Assembly (NCBI GenBank): GCA_009777025.1
Contig: WRMS01000003.1
Span: forward strand, 1 to 36,176
Origin: Clostridiales bacterium
GTDB taxonomy: Bacteria; Bacillota; Peptococcia; DRI-13; UBA5745
Direction of reading: 5' to 3'
DNA length: 36,176 bases
Shown here in pieces: positions 26,891 to 36,176 of this stretch. Every line of letters begins with the position of its first letter. Within the stretch, counting starts at the first letter, position 1. Made by a program: the position numbers and the translations under genes. Under the pieces are notes generated by a model, which did no database searches, was not told the origin of the DNA, and saw nothing but the letters and a program-made list of their open reading frames with translations.

Positions 26891-27628
26891 ATGCAGGAAT
26901 ACCCATTATCAGATATCATTGAGGCACTGAAACTGGACTCTCTGGAAGGCTTTTCCGCGCGAGAAGACTTGCTCCGTCAGGCATTCCGGCACCCTTCCTA
27001 TACGATGGAGCATCCGGAGGAATGCGGTAGGAATCCCTATCTGGAAAGCAACCAAAGAATGGAGTTTTTAGGCGACGCTATCCTGGGGTTTATCGCTGCA
27101 TATAGACTATATCAGGCGAACCCGCAATGCCAGGAGGGAGAGCTGACAAAGAAGCGAGCTTCCCTGGTGCGCGAGAAATCCCTTGCCGCCGCGGCGTCCT
27201 TCATGGGATTGGACCGGTATATCAGGCTGGGCAAAGGGATCGCTGCCAGCGGTGGCGCCGGACAGCCTTCGATCCTGGCGGATACGTTTGAAGCCCTGCT
27301 GGGTGCGCTGCATCTTTGCGGCGCGACGATGCCGGCGCTAGAGGATTTCGTATTCCGGGCTTTGGAGGATAGCCGCCAAATGACCGGCGAAGCGGAAGAT
27401 GAGGATTATAAAGGGCAGTTGCAAGCGTGGATCCAGAAAACGAATGTCCAAAAGCTGTCCTATGCTATACTGGACGAGAAGGGGCCGGATCACCGCAAGG
27501 TGTTTCTGGCTGCGGCCTATCTCGATCAAGATGAAATTGGCAGGGGTTGGGGCAATACGAAGCAGGAAGCCCAGAAAGCCGCGGCAAAGGCTGCCTTGCA
27601 GCAATTGCATGAGGAGACAAAAAACTGA
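26891..27628 (+). CDS. rnc: Ribonuclease III
   Basis: NQRMEFLGDAIL, LADTFEALLGA and dsRBD DYKGQLQ..GPDH. Confidence 0.95.
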   Translation: MQEYPLSDIIEALKLDSLEGFSAREDLLRQAFRHPSYTMEHPEECGRNPYLESNQRMEFLGDAILGFIAAYRLYQANPQCQEGELTKKRASLVREKSLAAAASFMGLDRYIRLGKGIAASGGAGQPSILADTFEALLGALHLCGATMPALEDFVFRALEDSRQMTGEAEDEDYKGQLQAWIQKTNVQKLSYAILDEKGPDHRKVFLAAAYLDQDEIGRGWGNTKQEAQKAAAKAALQQLHEETKN

Positions 27629-27671
27629 GCGCACAAGGGCTGACTGAAGATTGCGGAGGATTCGATAAGCG

Positions 27672-30600
27672 ATGTTCCTGAAAAGATTGGACATACATGG
27701 ATTTAAATCTTTTGCGGATAAAACCTCATTTGAGTTTCAACCCGGGATTACGTTGGTCGTGGGTCCGAACGGCAGCGGTAAATCCAACGTAGCCGACGCC
27801 ATTCGCTGGGTACTCGGTGAGCAGAGCGCAAAGACGCTCCGCGGGGGCAAAATGGAAGACGTTATCTTTGCCGGCAGCGAGAAGCGAAGATCCCTTGGCA
27901 TGGCGGAAGTATCCCTGACAATCGACAATACCAACGGCGGCCTTGCTCTGGAGTTTCAGGAAATCACAGTGACGCGCCGTCTGTACCGCTCAGGAGAGAG
28001 CGAATACTTAATCAACAAAACACCTTGCAGGTTGAGGGATCTCCACGAGCTGTTTATGGATACGGGCATTGGCCGCGAGGGCTTTTCCCTGATCGGGCAG
28101 GGGCGTGTGGAAGAAATCCTCCTGGCCAGACCGGATGAAAAACGGATGATCCTGGAAGAAGCCGCCGGGATCATCAAATATCGTTATCGTAAAAAAGAAG
28201 CTGCAAAAAAACTGGAGGAAACAGGTCAACATTTGCTGCGAATCGAAGATTTGCTGCTCGAACTCAAAGCCCAGGAAGAGCCTTTGGCCCGCCAGGCGGA
28301 AGAAGCGCGGGCTTACAGGATCCTCAAGGAAGAACTGGACGGCTTGGAGATTGGGATGATGGTGGCGGAGATTCGCCAGGCTGACGACCGCCTGCAAAGC
28401 CTGCAGACGGAGCTTTCGGCATTAGAAGAGTCGCTGCTGACCCAGAGGAGCGGCTTTCTGTCGGCGCAAGGCCATGAGGAAAGCCTCCGTTTGGCGCTGG
28501 ATCAAGCCGGCGAGCAGATCAACGGTCTGCAAGAGGATATTTATCGGCGCAGCTTGGAACGGGAGAAGGCGGAAAATGAACAGCGTATAGAGACGGAGCG
28601 CAGCGAAGATCTGGAGAAGCAAGCCAAAACCCTGTCCGACGAGGCCGTCGTGTTGGAAGAAGAATGGAAGGAATTGTCCGAGCAATGGCAGACGCGGAGA
28701 GAACAGGAAGCCCTTTTGGCGGAACGGGTCGACAGAGCAAGCAAGCTTGTCGAAGAGGAAGAAGCCAGTCAGAAAGAAGCAGACGCTGAGACGGAACACA
28801 TCCGGCAAACCCTGGATAAAGGGGACGAGGATCATTTTGAATTGCTTCGGAAAGACAGCGCCCTGCAGAATCAGGAAGTCGGCTTCAGAGAAAACCTGTC
28901 CTCCGCGGAGAGAATGAAGGAACGGATGGCGGAAACCGGCTTGAAGCTTCATCAGGATCTGCAAAATGTGCAGGAACGTATCGCTTCGCTGGAAGCCAGG
29001 CGAACCTTGCATCAAGCGGAGAGCGCCCAAATGGAGAAAGATATACAAACCGCCGGAGCAGCTTTGGAAAAGGCGGCAGGGGAGCAGCAGGCAAAGCAAC
29101 AGGACAACCGGACGCTGGCTGGGGAAAGAGGACAGGCGTTGTCCAGATACAAGTTGCTGGAAGAAATGGAAAAAGAAGGACAGGGTTATGCCCAGGGCGT
29201 CCGGGAAATACTGCAGCGTCGCAGCAAGGAAAGGCTTCCCGGCATTATCGGGACGGTGGCGCAGAACCTTCGCGTCGATAAGGAGTATGAGCTGGCCGTC
29301 GAGACGGCTTTGGGCGGGCAGGCGCAAAACATCATCACCGAGACGGAGCGTAGCGCCCAGGACGCCATTCGCTGGCTGAAGAACTTTGATAAAGGCAGGG
29401 TGACCTTTTTGCCCCTGGATACCGTCAGAAACCGACCAATGCAGGAAGGCGCAGGCCCGAAAGGCAAGGGTATGATCGGCAGGTTGGCGGACCTGGTGGA
29501 TTTCGAAGACCGGCTGCTTCCGGCGATGGAGTTCGTGCTGGGCAGAATATGGCTGGTGGACGAGTTGTCCAATGCAGTAGCAAGAGCAAGAGAGACGGGA
29601 TTTCAATACCGTATGGTGACATTGGACGGGCAGATGGTCAATGCCGGAGGATCCCTGACCGGCGGCAGCGTGCGCTTAAGCGGCGGGGGCTTTATCAGCC
29701 GGCGCAGGCAGTTGGAAGAACTGGACCGGGATATCCGCCAGATGTCCAGAGACCTGGTAGCGGGAGAAGAGCAGGAAGAGGCTTTGCGCGGCAAACGGCG
29801 TCAGGCGAACGATGCGCTGGAAGCGCTGAAAGAACAGCAGAGCCGGAACGGTTTAGCCGCCGCGGCTGTGGAGAACGATATGCTTCACTGCCGACAGGAA
29901 GAAAGCAGGCTCTTACAAGAGCAGGAAATGATCGGCAGGCAGCAGGAAGAAGAAGAACAGGAGCAGGCCAGGATTAGCGCGATGCTGGACGGGTCCGGCA
30001 TCGAGAGAAAACGTTTGGCGCAGGATATCGCGGCAAATCGCGAAAGCATGGAGGCGCTGAGACAGGAACTCCAGACGCGGCAGAGCCAGCGGGCAAACCG
30101 GCAGAGCAGGCTGACAGAGTTGAAGGTGCAGCTTGCCGAGGACAAGGCGAAGACCGACGCCTTTGATCGGGAGGGCAGCTTTCTCCGGAGCCGGATGGAG
30201 CAGATCCAAAGCAGAATCGCCTCGCAGAAAGAAAATAGCGCCCTGAGCATGAGCCGCAGCCGCCAGCATAAGGAAGCGGCGGAGCGCAGCAGCGGGGAGA
30301 TACGATATATAGACGAAATCCTGATTGCACTGGAGGAAGAAAAGAAAAAAGCGCAGGACAAGAGGCTTGCACTGCAGCAGGAAGCAGCCAGCCTGGACGA
30401 AAGCCAGAAGGCGGTCAGCGCGGAGATCGAGAAAAAGCAGGAGAGGCGGCAGCAACTCCTGGTTCAGGAAGGCCGACTCCAGGTAAATCTGGAGGAATGG
30501 AAAAACCGGATGAGCGAACAGTTTTCCCTGGATTGGGAAATTGCTCTGGAAACGGTTCAGCCGGTGCAGGAAAAGCGGCGGGGGCAGCAAAGAGTGAAAG

Positions 30601-31235
30601 AACTCAGAGAAGAGCTGGCTGCTATGCCCGAGGTGAATCTGGCTGCGGTGACAGAGTACGAAAAGCTGCTGGCGAGGCTGGAACTGTTGGGTACACAGAC
30701 GGAGGACCTCCGGCGCGGCAAAGCAGACCTCGAGGCGATTATCAGCGAAATGGACGCTTTGGTATCGGAGCGATTTAAAGAAACCTTTGACCAGGTCAAT
30801 GTCCATTTTGATGCGATATTTCAGCGACTGTTTGCCGGAGGAAGAGCAAGTCTTGTCCTTACCCAGCCGGATAATTTGCTGGAGACGGGAGTGGACGTCA
30901 TAGCCCAGCCTCCCGGTAAGAAGCTGCAGCATCTTGCGCTGCTTTCCGGCGGAGAAAAAGCCCTGTCCGCTATCTCCCTTCTGATGGCGATGCTGCGGGT
31001 CCGTCCCAGTCCTTTCAGTATACTGGATGAAATCGAATCCAATTTGGACGACGCCAATGTGGATCGCTTCGCGGAGCTGATCAAAGAATATAGAGATAGC
31101 GGCAGTCAGTTTATTATTATCACGCACAGGCGAGGCACGATGATAGCGGGAGACGTCATTTACGGCATATCCGCCCAGGAGTTTTCCGGCGTTTCCAAAG
31201 TGATTAGCGTACGATTGGAGGAAGCGGCAAAGTGA
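27672..31235 (+). CDS. smc: Chromosome segregation protein SMC
   Basis: GFKSF, GPNGSGKSN, hinge GRVTFLPLD, LSGGE and LDEIE, with long coiled coils. Confidence 0.97.
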   Translation: MFLKRLDIHGFKSFADKTSFEFQPGITLVVGPNGSGKSNVADAIRWVLGEQSAKTLRGGKMEDVIFAGSEKRRSLGMAEVSLTIDNTNGGLALEFQEITVTRRLYRSGESEYLINKTPCRLRDLHELFMDTGIGREGFSLIGQGRVEEILLARPDEKRMILEEAAGIIKYRYRKKEAAKKLEETGQHLLRIEDLLLELKAQEEPLARQAEEARAYRILKEELDGLEIGMMVAEIRQADDRLQSLQTELSALEESLLTQRSGFLSAQGHEESLRLALDQAGEQINGLQEDIYRRSLEREKAENEQRIETERSEDLEKQAKTLSDEAVVLEEEWKELSEQWQTRREQEALLAERVDRASKLVEEEEASQKEADAETEHIRQTLDKGDEDHFELLRKDSALQNQEVGFRENLSSAERMKERMAETGLKLHQDLQNVQERIASLEARRTLHQAESAQMEKDIQTAGAALEKAAGEQQAKQQDNRTLAGERGQALSRYKLLEEMEKEGQGYAQGVREILQRRSKERLPGIIGTVAQNLRVDKEYELAVETALGGQAQNIITETERSAQDAIRWLKNFDKGRVTFLPLDTVRNRPMQEGAGPKGKGMIGRLADLVDFEDRLLPAMEFVLGRIWLVDELSNAVARARETGFQYRMVTLDGQMVNAGGSLTGGSVRLSGGGFISRRRQLEELDRDIRQMSRDLVAGEEQEEALRGKRRQANDALEALKEQQSRNGLAAAAVENDMLHCRQEESRLLQEQEMIGRQQEEEEQEQARISAMLDGSGIERKRLAQDIAANRESMEALRQELQTRQSQRANRQSRLTELKVQLAEDKAKTDAFDREGSFLRSRMEQIQSRIASQKENSALSMSRSRQHKEAAERSSGEIRYIDEILIALEEEKKKAQDKRLALQQEAASLDESQKAVSAEIEKKQERRQQLLVQEGRLQVNLEEWKNRMSEQFSLDWEIALETVQPVQEKRRGQQRVKELREELAAMPEVNLAAVTEYEKLLARLELLGTQTEDLRRGKADLEAIISEMDALVSERFKETFDQVNVHFDAIFQRLFAGGRASLVLTQPDNLLETGVDVIAQPPGKKLQHLALLSGGEKALSAISLLMAMLRVRPSPFSILDEIESNLDDANVDRFAELIKEYRDSGSQFIIITHRRGTMIAGDVIYGISAQEFSGVSKVISVRLEEAAK

Positions 31236-32122
31236 GCTTGTTCGGCGGTTTATTTCAAAGAATCAGCCAAGCTATGGGCTTAAGCAGAATCAGTGACGAA
31301 TTTTTCGACGCCTTGGAAGAGCAGTTGATCATGGCGGACGTAGGCGCGGCGATTGCCCTTGAATTGACGGAAGAACTGCGTAAGGAAGCCAAAAAGCAAG
31401 GCTTCAGCACAGTGGAGGCTTGTGAAACCTACTTTCGGGAGCGGATTACCGCCATGTTGGCGGAAGGGGAACATGCGCTCCAATTTGCGGAGTCCGGCTT
31501 GACCGTCATTCTGTTTCTCGGTGTAAACGGCGTGGGAAAGACCACGACCATAGGGAAACTGGCCCTTCAATTAAAGGAAAAAGGCTTGTCGGTTCTCGTC
31601 GCCGCCGCGGATACCTTCCGGGCGGCGGCCATCGATCAGTTGGCGATCTGGTGTACCAGGGCGGGAGTCGACCTGATCCGTCAGCAGGAGGGCGTCGATC
31701 CGGGTTCCGTGGTCTATGACGCCATTGCGGCAGCGCACTCCCGCAAGTCGGATGTTCTGCTGGTGGATACGGCGGGAAGACTGCAGACAAAGCATAATTT
31801 AATGGAAGAATTGAAGAAACTGCGCAGAATCATTGAACGGGAGCATCCAGGGCAACCCCGGGAGGTGCTTCTTGTGTTGGACGCCACCACCGGGCAGAAC
31901 GCCCTGTCCCAGGCAAAAATGTTCAAAGAAGCAGCCGGCGTCACCGGCGTGGTACTCACCAAACTGGACGGAACCGCAAAGGGCGGCGTGGTCTTGGGCA
32001 TTACGCACGAGTATGGGCTTCCGGTTAAATTTACCGGCTGGGGAGAGAGTATAGGCGACTTGGAGCTGTTTGACGCCACAGAGTTCAGCCGTCGCCTTTT
32101 TGAGAACGCGGAAGCAGAATGA
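31232..32122 (+). CDS. ftsY: SRP receptor FtsY (short, NG domain only)
   Basis: GVNGVGKTTT, DTFRAAA, DTAGR and TKLDGTAKGG. Follows smc. Confidence 0.96.
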   Translation: MSLFGGLFQRISQAMGLSRISDEFFDALEEQLIMADVGAAIALELTEELRKEAKKQGFSTVEACETYFRERITAMLAEGEHALQFAESGLTVILFLGVNGVGKTTTIGKLALQLKEKGLSVLVAAADTFRAAAIDQLAIWCTRAGVDLIRQQEGVDPGSVVYDAIAAAHSRKSDVLLVDTAGRLQTKHNLMEELKKLRRIIEREHPGQPREVLLVLDATTGQNALSQAKMFKEAAGVTGVVLTKLDGTAKGGVVLGITHEYGLPVKFTGWGESIGDLELFDATEFSRRLFENAEAE

Positions 32123-32196
32123 GGCGCACAAGATTGTGAATCCCGATCCTGTGGAAGCAAAGAACAGTCGGACGCTTTGGGGAAAGGATGATGACG

Positions 32197-33483
32197 ATGC
32201 GGTTGCAAATCAGAGAATATCCGGTCACTTCTTTGGAATGGGCGGATATGAACGGATATGCGGAGGGCAGCCTGACGCTGCATAAGGAGGCGCTCATTCG
32301 CTTTCTGGAGGAAGACGGCGGATTAGCGGAGCTGATGCTTACCGATCTGGAACTGATCTGCCCGCAGACGTCTGCCAGGGTGATCAATATTGCGGAAGTA
32401 CTGCCTGCCCATGCTCGCCTGGGGGAGGGCGCTTCCGACTATCCCGGCTTGGCGGGGCCCTTGCAAACTGCGGGAGAGGGTATATCCGTGCAGCTAAGCG
32501 ACTTTTCTGTGCTGGCTATCGCGAGTCTCCCCAGCCGCTATGTCAAAGTGCTGGATAAAGAAGGGCCGGGAAATGCGCTTTCCCCTTATAGCGGACACTT
32601 TCATCTGGCTTTCCGGGCTGTGCCGCGTAAGCAAGATATGAGGCGAAGCGACTACTTTGCACAATTGAAGAAAATGGGACTTATCCTTGGCGCCTATGTC
32701 GCCAGGGTCGCAGCCGGATCCGGCGCTGCGCCGCATCGGGCGGCTGACTATGACTTGACCCCTTGTGCGGATAAACTGCCGAGGGCGGTCTATGTTTGCA
32801 TGCTCGCTTCCCTCCAGAACTGGGATAAGGGCGAGCCCATACTCTACGGCAACGATCTGGCCAACATGCTCCCCTGCGTCCTGCATCCGAACGAGATGCT
32901 CGACGGCGCCATAACGGCCCAGAACTTCAATCTGGGTATCGATACCTACTCCTTTGTCAACAATCCGGTCGTCAAGGAGTTGTACGCCAGACACGGTAAG
33001 GATCTGGATTTCGCCGGCGTCGTCGTGTACGCATCTCACGCAACCCGTGAGCAGAGAGAACGTTCGGTGCAGATGACCTGCACGCTCGTTAAGCACGTTT
33101 TGCACGCGGATATGGCGATATTGACGAAAGTGGGCGGCGGTATTCCCGAATCTGACGTAATGATGGCGGTGGAGAACCTGGAGAAACAAGGCGTGACGAC
33201 TACGGCTATCCTGTGGTCGCAATGGGGCGACGGCACAATCAAGGATATCCTTTCGGCCTTTTCTCCGGCAGCCGACGCTATGGTTTCGGTGGGCATCAAC
33301 GACACAGCGATCTGCCTGCCGCCGCAGAAGCGCGTGGTGGGCGGACTGACTCTGGATCCGCTGTCAGACGACCCGGAAGCATTACCCCAGCCTGCGGATC
33401 AGGAGATCGTACTGCGTACAAGGGAGTACTGTGGGGCGATCAACCAGCTTGGGGCCTCAAAAGTAGCAATGATCGAGCGATGA
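32197..33483 (+). CDS. Glycine/sarcosine/betaine reductase component B partner subunit (GrdE/GrdG/GrdI family), divergent
   Basis: MRL start, LPRAVYVCML, LHPNEMLDGAI, NNPVVKELYARHGKDLDFAGV, ADAMVSVG and GAINQLG. About 428 aa, immediately upstream of the grdB-like gene. Confidence 0.88.
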   Translation: MRLQIREYPVTSLEWADMNGYAEGSLTLHKEALIRFLEEDGGLAELMLTDLELICPQTSARVINIAEVLPAHARLGEGASDYPGLAGPLQTAGEGISVQLSDFSVLAIASLPSRYVKVLDKEGPGNALSPYSGHFHLAFRAVPRKQDMRRSDYFAQLKKMGLILGAYVARVAAGSGAAPHRAADYDLTPCADKLPRAVYVCMLASLQNWDKGEPILYGNDLANMLPCVLHPNEMLDGAITAQNFNLGIDTYSFVNNPVVKELYARHGKDLDFAGVVVYASHATREQRERSVQMTCTLVKHVLHADMAILTKVGGGIPESDVMMAVENLEKQGVTTTAILWSQWGDGTIKDILSAFSPAADAMVSVGINDTAICLPPQKRVVGGLTLDPLSDDPEALPQPADQEIVLRTREYCGAINQLGASKVAMIER

Positions 33484-33502
33484 CGCCAAAGGAGGAAGCG
33501 GC

Positions 33503-34807
33503 ATGAGCGGGAAAACCTATCGCGTTGTGCAGTATTTGAATCAGTTCTTTGCCGGCGAAGGCGGAGAAGAACAAGCGGGCGCGCGCCCCCATTCCATCGA
33601 TGGACCCGTCGGTCCGGGCCGCCTGCTCGAAGAATCCTCAGGCGGCGCTCTTCGCGTAGCCGCTACGGTCATATGCGGCGATAACCGCTTTGTGGAAGAT
33701 CCCCAGGCGGAGGAGGAGCTCCTTTCCATGATAGCCGGCTTTCGTCCGGAAGCCTTTGTCGCGGGGCCTGCTTTTCTGGCGGGGCGTTACGGAGAGGCCT
33801 GTGCGGAGCTATGCAAAGCAGTGCGGGAAAAGCTCGCCATACCCGTGATCACCGGGCTTGCGCCCGCGCATCCTGCCGTAGACAGATACCGGAGCGCCCT
33901 CCGTATCGTGCGGACGGGGGCGAACGCCGCCGATATGCGAAAAAGCATGCCGCTGATGACAGCCGTTCTGCTGAAGGATCTGTGGGAAGAGGAGCTTTCT
34001 CAGGATGAACAGGACGCGCTATTCAAACGCGGCCTGATTGAAAACGCGGTTTTGTCAGAAAACGCGGCCCGGCGTGGAGTGGCTATGCTGCTGGCAAAGC
34101 AGCGGGGAGAAACGTGGCAAAGCGAGATACCCATTCCCGTATTCGATTATTCGCCGCCTGCGCCACCGGTAACTGGACAGCCGCTCAAGGTCGCCCTTGT
34201 GACCGACGGCGGGCTGATGCTGAGAGGCAATCCGGAGAAAATGCCCTCCGGCCGCTGTGTCCGCTACTATACCATCGATCTGCATGACAGAGCGAGTCTC
34301 GATCCTTCCTGGCTGGAAGTGAATCATTTCGGATACGATACCCGCTATGTAGCCGCCGATCCCCATAGGCTGACGCCCTATGATGTGGTCAGAGATTTAG
34401 AAAAGGCAGGGGAGCTTACCCTTCATCCCAGGCTCTTCACGCTGGCAGGCGTAGCCACCGCAGTGGAAAGCGCAGCCGCTATCGGCAGAGGGATAGCCGG
34501 GGAACTCAAGGAAGCGGGAATTCAGGCGGTCATCCTGACCTCCACCTGAGGCACCAGCACGCGCTGCGGTGCAGTGATCGCCAAAGAACTGGACAGAGCC
34601 GGCATTCCGACCGCGCACATCTGTACGATGCTCAATGTATCCAAAGGCATGGGCGGGAATCGCCTGATCCCTTCGCGAAGCGTACTCCACCCCACAGGGG
34701 ACCCTGAACTCTCCCCCGATGAGGAGTACAGCCTGCGTCTGGAGATCGTCAGAAACGCAATCCGCGCCCTGGGGGCGGACATTCAGGCGCCGCAAGTATT
34801 TGAGTGA
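33503..34807 (+). CDS. Selenocysteine-containing reductase component B subunit (GrdB/GrdF/GrdH family); UGA 34547-34549 read as Sec
   Basis: YLNQFFAGEGGEE, AGPAFLAGRYG, VTDGG and HFGYD..DP. ILTST-UGA-GTSTRCGA continues in frame to 34807, joining two track ORFs into 434 aa. Confidence 0.93.
34550..34573 (+). promoter_or_regulatory. Bacterial SECIS hairpin
   Basis: Immediately 3' of the UGA: GCACC-A-GCA-CGCGC-TGC-GGTGC. Confidence 0.75.
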
Positions 34808-34864
34808 AGCGAAAATCTCCGGACGATTGCGTGATTCTGGATTCCGGACATCCAAATTTTCTAA

Positions 34865-34893
34865 TTGAAATTCTATAGTACATATGATATACT
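34865..34893 (+). promoter_or_regulatory. Sigma-A promoter of the repeat-protein gene
   Basis: TTGAAA-17 nt-TATACT with extended -10 TG. Confidence 0.65.
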
Positions 34894-35002
34894 TGACTGC
34901 ATTGTTAATTTTCTACTTTAATACTGTATTTTTCCACAAACGGATGGAGAACATCATCTTCAACCCGCATTGACAGGAACCATGGAGGAGGGAGAATTCT
35001 TG

Positions 35003-36176
35003 ATGACAAGAAAAATCTTAGCCGTATTTGTTTTAGCAGCCATGATACTCACCGGTATGCCCATGACGGCATGGGCGGGCGGTGTGCAGACAGGGACGAA
35101 TACCGAAATCAATGTCTACGGTTCTGTTATAGAGGGACCCGACAGGCCTGTGCTTGTGCAGCCGATCGGTAACCTGGACGGAAATGGCGATGGCGCGGAA
35201 TTTAACCTGACGATTATCTCACAGAGTGGCTTTGCCGCAGGGGATGAGATATACGTCGCCTCCAGACGGTGTCTTGTGGATTATTTCTATTATTGGGATG
35301 GGCAGGGGAACTGGATTCCTTTTGGCAACGCGCCTGGCGACACGATCGGCAATCCCGGGGAGATGCAGCAAACGGACAGTACGTATGCCCTGCAGATCAC
35401 CTATGGCGATATGCTTCGTCCGGTTGGCAGCAGCGAAACGGTAGCGACAGCGAGAATTAAAGTGGTTTCCGTCGCTGCCGGAGTTTCGCAGATCGTCTTT
35501 GGCAGGGACGCGGCGGATACAGCCACCTATGCCGGGGGTGTGATACCGTTTGACGGGCTTAGCCAAATCATTGGACAAAGAAGTTACCCGGCGGAATATG
35601 CCGCTTCCTTAGGCGGCGGCGTACAGACGGGGACGAATCCCAAAGTCAATGTCTATGGCTCCGTTGTTGAGGGACCCGATAGCGCTGCACCCGTGCAATT
35701 TATTTACAGCTTAGACGGAAATGGCGACGGCGAGGAATTTGATCTGGCAATCCTCTCCGAGAGTGGTTTTGCCGCGGGGGATGAGATATACGTCGCCTCC
35801 AGCCGATATGCAGTCGATTATTTTTTTTATCAGGACGCGCAGGGACGCTGGATCCCTTTTGGTAACGCGCCCGGCGACGAGATTCTCCATCTTAGCAAAA
35901 TGCAGCAAGCAAACAATTCTCATGCTTTGCAGATCACCTATGGCGACATGCTCCGTCCGGTTGATGGCAGCGATACGGTAGCGACAGCGAGAATTAAAGT
36001 GGTTTCCGTCGCAGCCGGGACTTCCCAGATCGTCTTTGGCGCGGACGCGGCGGATACCGCCTCCTATGCCATGGGTGTGACGCCGATTGACGGATTAATC
36101 AGAATTATTGGAGTCAGAAGATATCCGGCCGAATATACTTTTTCATTGGGCGGCGTGCAGACGGGGACGAATACCA
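35003..36176 (+). CDS. Secreted/surface protein with ~178-aa tandem repeats (3'-truncated by window edge; not in the ORF track)
   Basis: RBS GGAGGAGGGAG and signal peptide MTRKILAVFVLAAMILTGMPMTAWA. No stop codon up to the window end. GGVQTGTN recurs with Val codons at 35084, 35621 and 36155. Confidence 0.9.
   Translation, partial: MTRKILAVFVLAAMILTGMPMTAWAGGVQTGTNTEINVYGSVIEGPDRPVLVQPIGNLDGNGDGAEFNLTIISQSGFAAGDEIYVASRRCLVDYFYYWDGQGNWIPFGNAPGDTIGNPGEMQQTDSTYALQITYGDMLRPVGSSETVATARIKVVSVAAGVSQIVFGRDAADTATYAGGVIPFDGLSQIIGQRSYPAEYAASLGGGVQTGTNPKVNVYGSVVEGPDSAAPVQFIYSLDGNGDGEEFDLAILSESGFAAGDEIYVASSRYAVDYFFYQDAQGRWIPFGNAPGDEILHLSKMQQANNSHALQITYGDMLRPVDGSDTVATARIKVVSVAAGTSQIVFGADAADTASYAMGVTPIDGLIRIIGVRRYPAEYTFSLGGVQTGTNT

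Noticed and set aside
28422-31127. Long antisense ORFs (394 and 404 aa) opposite smc, and similar shadows opposite the kinase, SPFH and lic genes
   Set aside because: Codon-bias shadows of real genes, with no motifs or RBS.
34574-34807. Separate 77-aa gene, or nonsense pseudogene of grdB
   Set aside because: It is in frame with the upstream ORF across a UGA in the conserved TST-U-GT motif with a SECIS, so it is one selenoprotein.

Overview
This is a chromosomal window from an anaerobic Firmicute (Clostridia-like, judged from T-boxes, sigma-A promoters, a Sec-dependent Grd reductase and the yceD-rpmF-plsX-acpP-rnc-smc-ftsY block). Left to right it holds: yqeK (5'-partial) and rsfS; a CZB-domain chemoreceptor overlapping a GAF/PAS hybrid kinase; SPFH plus Arc-like RHH genes; a water-forming NADH oxidase whose start position reads ACG; a Leu T-box controlling an acyl-CoA synthetase and a TIM-barrel gene; a BCCT transporter with an HTH-LicC-LicA fusion; a patchy accessory region (aminotransferase, Trp T-box-trpS, GNATs, orphan AbrB antitoxin, AAA/PD-(D/E)XK protein, and GNAT, TnpB and PIN remnants); the housekeeping block; a divergent GrdE/GrdB-type pair with in-frame UGA and SECIS; and a secreted protein with ~178-aa tandem repeats that runs off the right edge and is absent from the ORF track. 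The most notable observations are four. (1) A ~130-bp covarying rod-hairpin element occurs at three loci, always flanked by a duplicate of its own 3' end, in tandem upstream of acpP and inserted in stem II of the Leu T-box. (2) The orphan selenoprotein reductase component B pair has UxxS instead of UxxC and no pyruvoyl-precursor Cys. (3) 42-bp inverted repeats bracket the Leu-regulated operon. (4) The nox start is ACG, and the Trp T-box bulge is atypical. All calls come from reading motifs by eye; no database searches were run.
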